Positions 59,109 to 64,000 of a DNA stretch of 64,000 nucleotides are shown here, piece after piece (within the stretch, counting starts at the first letter, position 1; each line of letters begins with the position of its first letter). The notes below the pieces were generated by a model. It was not told where the DNA came from, ran no database searches, and was given only the letters and a program-made list of their open reading frames with translations. Made by a program: the position numbers and the translations under genes. Origin of the DNA: Candidatus Omnitrophota bacterium (lineage in GTDB: Bacteria; Omnitrophota; Gorgyraeia; B26-G9); contig JBDRPX010000004.1 in the NCBI GenBank assembly GCA_043826565.1, forward strand, positions 10,232 to 74,231, read 5' to 3'.

Positions 59109-60521
59109 ATGCACAAAGAGCATATTTTAGTTGTCGATGATGAGCATGGAATGCGGGAATATCTAAAAAAACTTTTAACGGATAATAATTATTTCGTATC
59201 CCTTGCCGCTAATGGCGCGGAGGCATTAGAGCAGATAAAAAATGATGAGCCGGCTGTGGCCTTAATGGATTTTAAAATGCCGAATATGAACGGATTGGAA
59301 CTGTTGGAAAAATTTAAACAGATGCATCCGCATATAACGGTGATCATGATGACTGCTTACGGCACGGTGGAAAACGCGATCAAAGCTATGAAGCTGGGCG
59401 CGTATGATTATCTGAATAAACCATTTGAAATGGAAGAAATACTATTGGTTATCGCTAAGGCTTTAGAGAAAAGGCGTCTGGAAAAAGAAAACATTTCTTT
59501 GCGTAAGCAGATTAAAAAGACATATACTTTTGAGGATATTGTTTCCGGAAATAATCAAATGCAGCAAATTTTTGAAATTGTAAAAAAAGTGGCCGGGGCA
59601 AGAAGTACGGTGCTTATTGAAGGTGAAACCGGAACCGGTAAAGAACTGGTTGCCCGGGCTATTCATAACCTAAGCGAGCGGAAAGACAAGCCTTTTATTG
59701 CGGTTGACTGCAGTGCGCTTACGGAAAGTCTTTTAGAAAGTGAATTATTCGGCCATGTGCGGGGCGCGTTTACCGGAGCAACTAGAGATAAAAAAGGGCT
59801 TTTTGAAACTGCTGACGCCGGAACGATATTTTTGGATGAAGTCGGGCATATGTCTTTGGAGATTCAGTCAAAATTATTACGCGTATTGCAGGAGGGGGAA
59901 ATTAAGCGTGTCGGCCAGGCTACTCCGCATAAAGTGGATGTCCGCCTTATTGTTGCGGCTAATGAGCGTTTGGAAAACAGGATAAAAGCCGGTAAGTTCC
60001 GGCAGGACCTTTATTACCGGATCAATGTCGTGCCTGTATATCTGCCGCCGCTTAGAGAGCGCAGTGAAGATGTGCCTCTTTTGATTGAATATTTTATTGG
60101 GAAGTATAATAGTATTGAAGGCAAACAGTTAAAGGATATATCTCTGGATGCGTTGAAAGTTTTAATGGATTATTGCTGGCCGGGGAATGTGCGGGAACTG
60201 GAAAATCTTATTCATCGCGCGGTGGTTATGGAGGTAGGGCCAATGATCACTCTTAATGATTTGCCCGCAAACATAAGAATGCCGGAGACCGCGGAAAAGC
60301 GGGAGGAATTGCCGCGGATAAAAAATTTCCGCCAGGCCAAGCGAAAAATCGTAGAGTCATTTGAAAAAAGGTTTTTAACGGAAGCCTTGACGAGGCATAA
60401 CGGCAATGTGAGTAAAGCGGCGAGAGAAATGGGATTGGATCGGAGGAATTTGCAAAGGAAATTTAAAGATTGTGATATAGATTCTGATAAATTTAGAGTT
60501 AAGGGAAGACCTCTCACCTAA
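59109..60521 (+). CDS. sigma-54-dependent response regulator (REC-AAA+-HTH, NtrC family)
   Basis: REC Asp pocket (VVDDE...D), Walker A GETGTGKE, the GAFTGA motif, and a C-terminal Fis-type HTH. Confidence 0.9.
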   Translation: MHKEHILVVDDEHGMREYLKKLLTDNNYFVSLAANGAEALEQIKNDEPAVALMDFKMPNMNGLELLEKFKQMHPHITVIMMTAYGTVENAIKAMKLGAYDYLNKPFEMEEILLVIAKALEKRRLEKENISLRKQIKKTYTFEDIVSGNNQMQQIFEIVKKVAGARSTVLIEGETGTGKELVARAIHNLSERKDKPFIAVDCSALTESLLESELFGHVRGAFTGATRDKKGLFETADAGTIFLDEVGHMSLEIQSKLLRVLQEGEIKRVGQATPHKVDVRLIVAANERLENRIKAGKFRQDLYYRINVVPVYLPPLRERSEDVPLLIEYFIGKYNSIEGKQLKDISLDALKVLMDYCWPGNVRELENLIHRAVVMEVGPMITLNDLPANIRMPETAEKREELPRIKNFRQAKRKIVESFEKRFLTEALTRHNGNVSKAAREMGLDRRNLQRKFKDCDIDSDKFRVKGRPLT

Positions 60522-60558
60522 AAGGTTCGAGGTTAATTTGTTTACACAAATTAAGGAG
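60506..60558 (+). promoter_or_regulatory. conserved leader element, copy C (overlaps the stop codon of the response-regulator gene)
   Basis: AAGACCTCTCACCTAAAAGGTTCGAGGTTAATTTGTTTACACAAATTAAGGAG, with the ATG 7 nt downstream. Confidence 0.55.
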
Positions 60559-60565
60559 GTGTTGT

Positions 60566-61039
60566 ATGAAGTGTCCGAAGTGTGATAGTGCTCTAAGGAC
60601 GGCTAAGCATAGTGATGTTACCATTGATTTCTGTGAATTATGTTATGGAATTTGGCTGGATAAAGGGGAGTTGGAAAGAATAGCTGCTTATGAAAAAAAA
60701 GACGCGGCAAAAGCTGTGGAAACCCTGAAGAACTTGCTTAAGGCGGAAAATGAAATTGTTCAGGAGCAGAGTATTTGCTGTCCGCATTGTGAACAACAAA
60801 TGCAGAAAATTAAATTCACCACTAAGGACGGAATTGTTGCCGATAAATGTGCCGGCTGCCAGGGTATTTGGTTTGATAAGGGTGAATTAATATCAATTAC
60901 TGATCATATGGACGGAAAAAAGAATTCTAATCCAGGCCAGAGCAGGGATGTTTCCCTCTTACCCAGCATATTGGCTTTGGGAGGTATCATTGCTTTGTTC
61001 ATTTTATTATTGATTTGGGCTATTAGTTATTTTAAATAA
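60566..61039 (+). CDS. membrane-anchored protein with two TFIIB-type zinc ribbons (zf-TFIIB/PF13453-like)
   Basis: Two copies of the pattern CPxC...C.LC.GIW.DKGEL, followed by a C-terminal TM helix. Confidence 0.6.
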   Translation: MKCPKCDSALRTAKHSDVTIDFCELCYGIWLDKGELERIAAYEKKDAAKAVETLKNLLKAENEIVQEQSICCPHCEQQMQKIKFTTKDGIVADKCAGCQGIWFDKGELISITDHMDGKKNSNPGQSRDVSLLPSILALGGIIALFILLLIWAISYFK

Positions 61040-61159
61040 TAGCGTGTTTAATGTCGCGATGTGTCTAAAAATACGCATTAATTTTATTGATTTTGCGTTT
61101 TCAGAATTTCCTCATATTTTTATAAATATAACTCCTGTATTTTAAATAGGTTATATCAA

Positions 61160-61172
61160 GGCAAAATTTGCC
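61160..61172. promoter_or_regulatory. perfect palindrome GGCAAA-A-TTTGCC, candidate enhancer (UAS) for the sigma-54 activator
   Basis: About 20 bp upstream of the -24 element. Confidence 0.35.
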
Positions 61173-61186
61173 GATTATTTATAGGT

Positions 61187-61202
61187 TGGCATATTGATTG
61201 CT
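61187..61202 (+). promoter_or_regulatory. sigma-54 (-24/-12) promoter TGGCAT-N5-TTGCT
   Basis: Matches the TGGCAC-N5-TTGCW consensus with the invariant GG and GC. It is 46 bp upstream of the ATG at 61248 and downstream of the sigma-54 activator gene. Confidence 0.6.
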
Positions 61203-61247
61203 TACTATATATATGTATATTTAAAAAATAAAAAATTGGAGTTAATA

Positions 61248-64000
61248 ATGTCAGCTAAAACCCTAAAAATCTTCCTGTTTTTTACCCTTATTTTTTGTGT
61301 TGGAGTAGTACCTGCGCAAGCCGGTCTTAAGGTGCAAAAAGGTGAGACGACTATTGTAAACGGTCAAACATCAGTAACAGTTAATATTACAGCAGTTAGT
61401 GATCTTTCCCGCGCAATGCTGCTGATGTGGTCATCTGGTGATAGCGGTACAGACTGGGGAGAAGCCTGGCAGGCAACCGGATATCTTTCTTCTACCAGCC
61501 AGATAGCTTTTGAGCGGGTGGGCACACGGGATGATTGTCAGATCGGATATTATGTTGTTGAAGCAGAAAATCAGGAATTCGAAGTTATTGACCGGGGATT
61601 AATGGTTATCGGGGCTGAGAATACGATGCAGGATACTGATATTTCTCAGGCGATTGACCAGGCTCATACCGCTATAATCGCAAGCTCAATGTTAGGAGAT
61701 GCCACCGGCAATGATGATGAAGTGCATAAAGGTTTTGCCACGGTACATTTTGTGGATAATGATACTATTCGCGCGACTCGAGGCGCTTCCGGAACATATT
61801 CCTGTGATGTGCGATATCAGGTGGTACAGTGGCTGGATATAATCAATGTGCAAAGTAAAGAATTTAGTTCATCTATTAGTACTACGGAACTTACCCAATC
61901 TATTGATACTCCTGTAACTGCAACGCGTACCTGGTTATATGCTACAGCCAGCCATTCCGGAGGCAGCGGTATTTCTCAGGTTGCGGTGGATACCTATCTT
62001 AAAGACGGATCAACTGTTGGATTTAGAAGGCGTCAAGGAACTTATAGTGACGCGATTCGCTGGTGGGCCATAGAATTTCCCTCAGATGTTTCTGTCCAGC
62101 ACGTATCTGGGGCAGCGGCAACCGGTGATCTTACTGTGGTAACACCGATCAGTGCGGTGACGATTGCTAATTCCTGGTCCGATGTTTATAATAATTGTAA
62201 TGGTACCGGACAGGCATTACCTCGTCAGGCTTTTTATACTCAGATTACATCAACAACTCAGGTTACCAATACCCGGTATTACAGCGGGCAGGCTGCGGAT
62301 TTATCCGTGGAAGTGATTGATACCGCAGGTTGGACTGTTACAGTGCCTACGGTAAATATTACGGTAACTCCTAATATTACCAAGTCACAAACCGCGGGAA
62401 ACCTGGAAATTAAACTGGTATTCAGTGAAAGTATGAACCCTTCCGTATCTCCGGTAGTGATGTATGACCCGGCGGGAACGACCGGAGCGCAGTCATGTAC
62501 CGGAGGGACATGGTCAACAACGACTTATTCTAATGATACTTATACGGTATATAATGATGCGGCGATCGATGAGGCTACCGGCGACGGCATTGCAGCTGTC
62601 AGTGTCAGCGGAGCAAAGAGCGTGATTGGGGTTATTATGACCCCGGATACTAATGATACCTTTGTCATCGATACTGCAGCGCCGGCAAATCCGGGCGCGC
62701 CGTGTAATGCCTGGGAAAGTTCAGCGAAAATAACTTCGCTGACCGATGATACCTGGCAGGAAAACGATGATACACCTTATTTTGAATGGGCCGGAGCAAG
62801 TGACAGCGGCGGTTCCGGAGTAAGCGGTTATTCTGTTTATTGGGGGAATGATCCAAATGGTGTACCGGCGGCAACTCAGGAACAGACAGCAGCTAATTTT
62901 GATGTGACCGCAGCCACAGGAGACGGGGTATTTTTCTTAAGAGTAAGGACATTTGATAATGCGTCCAATTACAGTGACCCGGTGACCTTATTTACATTTC
63001 GTTATGATGCCGGGGCACCAACAAATCCGAATGTGCCTTGTGATGGCTGGCAGACAAGTTTAAAGTTAGATGCAATCAGTAATGATACCTGGCAGGAAAG
63101 TGACGATACTCCCTATTTTGAATGGACCGGGGCCAATGACGCTGGCGGTTCCGGAGTAAGCGGTTATTCTGTTTACTGGGGAACTGATCCCGGAGGAGAG
63201 CCCGGGATTACGCAGGCACAGGGAAACGCCGATTATGAAGTAACTACTCCAACCGGTGACGGGACTTATTATTTAAGGGTGAGAACATTTGATAATGTGA
63301 ATCATTACAGCGCGCCGGTAACTTTATTTACTTTTCATTATGATGCGACTGCGCCGTCTAATCCCAACACTCCCTGTAATGCCTGGGATTCTTCTTCTAA
63401 AAATACAGTGGTATCTGACAATATTCCGCAAGGCGCGGACGATACTCCTTATTTTGAATGGACCGGAGCCAATGACGGCAATGGGCAGGGAGTAAGCGGA
63501 TATTCTGTATATTTAGGAACGAATTCCGAAGGCGAGCCTGGAACTACTCAGGAGCAGTCCGGGGCCAGTTATGATGTAACGGCTTCAACGGGTGCGGGAA
63601 CATTTTATCTGCGGGTGCGGACTTTTGACAGTTTGGGGCACTACAGTGAACCAACAACTTTGTTTACATTTATCTATGATGAAACCAAACCGACAATGAG
63701 TATCGGCGTGCTTCCTGATCCTGCCGGACATCGGGCAGTGGGGGAATTGGCATTTATCCTGATTTTTTCCGAGTCAATGGATACCGGAACAATACCGGTA
63801 GTAACCTATGACCCGGCCGGGTCAACTGGTTTGCAAAGTGCGGCTACTAATGGTTCCTGGTCGACGACTAACAATAATAATGACACATATACCGTATATA
63901 ACAGCAGTGCTATCAATAGTTCAACGGGTGACGGCATTGCGGCTATAACCATTAGCGCGGCTAAAGATATTGCCGGCAATACAATGCTTGATGATACTAA
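61248..64000 (+). CDS. giant secreted repeat protein (3' end beyond window); at least three ~105-aa tandem Fn3/Ig-like repeats
   Basis: My own translation shows a continuous frame from the ATG at 61248 to the window end. Signal peptide ...VVPAQA. Repeats APxNPxxPCxxW...DDTPYFEWxGAxDxGGSGVSGYSVYWG...RVRTFDNxxxYSxPxTLFTFxYDA occur three times. Confidence 0.7.
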   Translation, partial: MSAKTLKIFLFFTLIFCVGVVPAQAGLKVQKGETTIVNGQTSVTVNITAVSDLSRAMLLMWSSGDSGTDWGEAWQATGYLSSTSQIAFERVGTRDDCQIGYYVVEAENQEFEVIDRGLMVIGAENTMQDTDISQAIDQAHTAIIASSMLGDATGNDDEVHKGFATVHFVDNDTIRATRGASGTYSCDVRYQVVQWLDIINVQSKEFSSSISTTELTQSIDTPVTATRTWLYATASHSGGSGISQVAVDTYLKDGSTVGFRRRQGTYSDAIRWWAIEFPSDVSVQHVSGAAATGDLTVVTPISAVTIANSWSDVYNNCNGTGQALPRQAFYTQITSTTQVTNTRYYSGQAADLSVEVIDTAGWTVTVPTVNITVTPNITKSQTAGNLEIKLVFSESMNPSVSPVVMYDPAGTTGAQSCTGGTWSTTTYSNDTYTVYNDAAIDEATGDGIAAVSVSGAKSVIGVIMTPDTNDTFVIDTAAPANPGAPCNAWESSAKITSLTDDTWQENDDTPYFEWAGASDSGGSGVSGYSVYWGNDPNGVPAATQEQTAANFDVTAATGDGVFFLRVRTFDNASNYSDPVTLFTFRYDAGAPTNPNVPCDGWQTSLKLDAISNDTWQESDDTPYFEWTGANDAGGSGVSGYSVYWGTDPGGEPGITQAQGNADYEVTTPTGDGTYYLRVRTFDNVNHYSAPVTLFTFHYDATAPSNPNTPCNAWDSSSKNTVVSDNIPQGADDTPYFEWTGANDGNGQGVSGYSVYLGTNSEGEPGTTQEQSGASYDVTASTGAGTFYLRVRTFDSLGHYSEPTTLFTFIYDETKPTMSIGVLPDPAGHRAVGELAFILIFSESMDTGTIPVVTYDPAGSTGLQSAATNGSWSTTNNNNDTYTVYNSSAINSSTGDGIAAITISAAKDIAGNTMLDDT

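Overview
This is a 64 kb AT-rich bacterial chromosomal segment. Almost every gene is on the + strand, and genes often overlap by 4-10 nt, suggesting translational coupling. I found no transposases, integrases or CRISPR arrays.

Reading left to right:
- 1-8.2 kb: a lysine biosynthesis operon (lysA partial, dapF, dapA, dapB, a DapL-type aminotransferase), then folK, a PspC-domain protein, panC, panD, nadA and an aspartate-dehydrogenase-like nadX.
- 8.2-9.3 kb: three small odd proteins (a Cys-rich one, an internally duplicated basic one, a TRASH-like zinc-ribbon one).
- 9.3-12 kb: rmuC, two tandem PilZ paralogs, a flavodoxin.
- 12-14.3 kb: two tRNA islands (Arg-TCG, Lys-CTT, Leu-TAG, Gly-GCC) carrying a partial tRNA copy and a duplicated tRNA-Gly 3' end, with two paralogous single-TM proteins between them.
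- 14.3-31 kb: tig, clpP, serA, two tandem giant AMIN-domain coiled-coil repeat proteins, purA, an MgtC-family protein, larB-larC, an HTH-less LacI-type binding-domain protein, secG, a family-5 solute-binding protein, an M48 peptidase and a LOG-family protein.
- 31.2-51.5 kb: a ~20 kb glycan/EPS locus (Wzc-like tyrosine kinase, O-antigen-ligase-like protein, AsnB-like amidotransferase, Wzx, three methyltransferases, GT4, GT2, two GT9, CapA-like, B12-radical SAM, CapK-like adenylating enzyme, DegT-like, ABC-2 Wzm/Wzt on the - strand).
- 51.8-57.1 kb: a secreted repeat protein, then the most unusual cluster in the window. It comprises an S24/S26-type membrane peptidase, a nucleotidyltransferase, an HprK-like P-loop kinase, a PqqD-like peptide chaperone and a radical SAM/SPASM enzyme, with no obvious precursor peptide.
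- 57.1-64 kb: a histidine kinase, a sigma-54 (NtrC-type) response regulator, a double zinc-ribbon membrane protein, and a -24/-12 sigma-54 promoter upstream of a giant secreted protein with tandem ~105-aa repeats that runs off the window end.

Two non-coding features recur across the window. A conserved ~55-nt leader element occurs three times, each ending in the ribosome-binding site of an unrelated gene. Many intergenic regions are long quasi-palindromes built from short tandem repeats.
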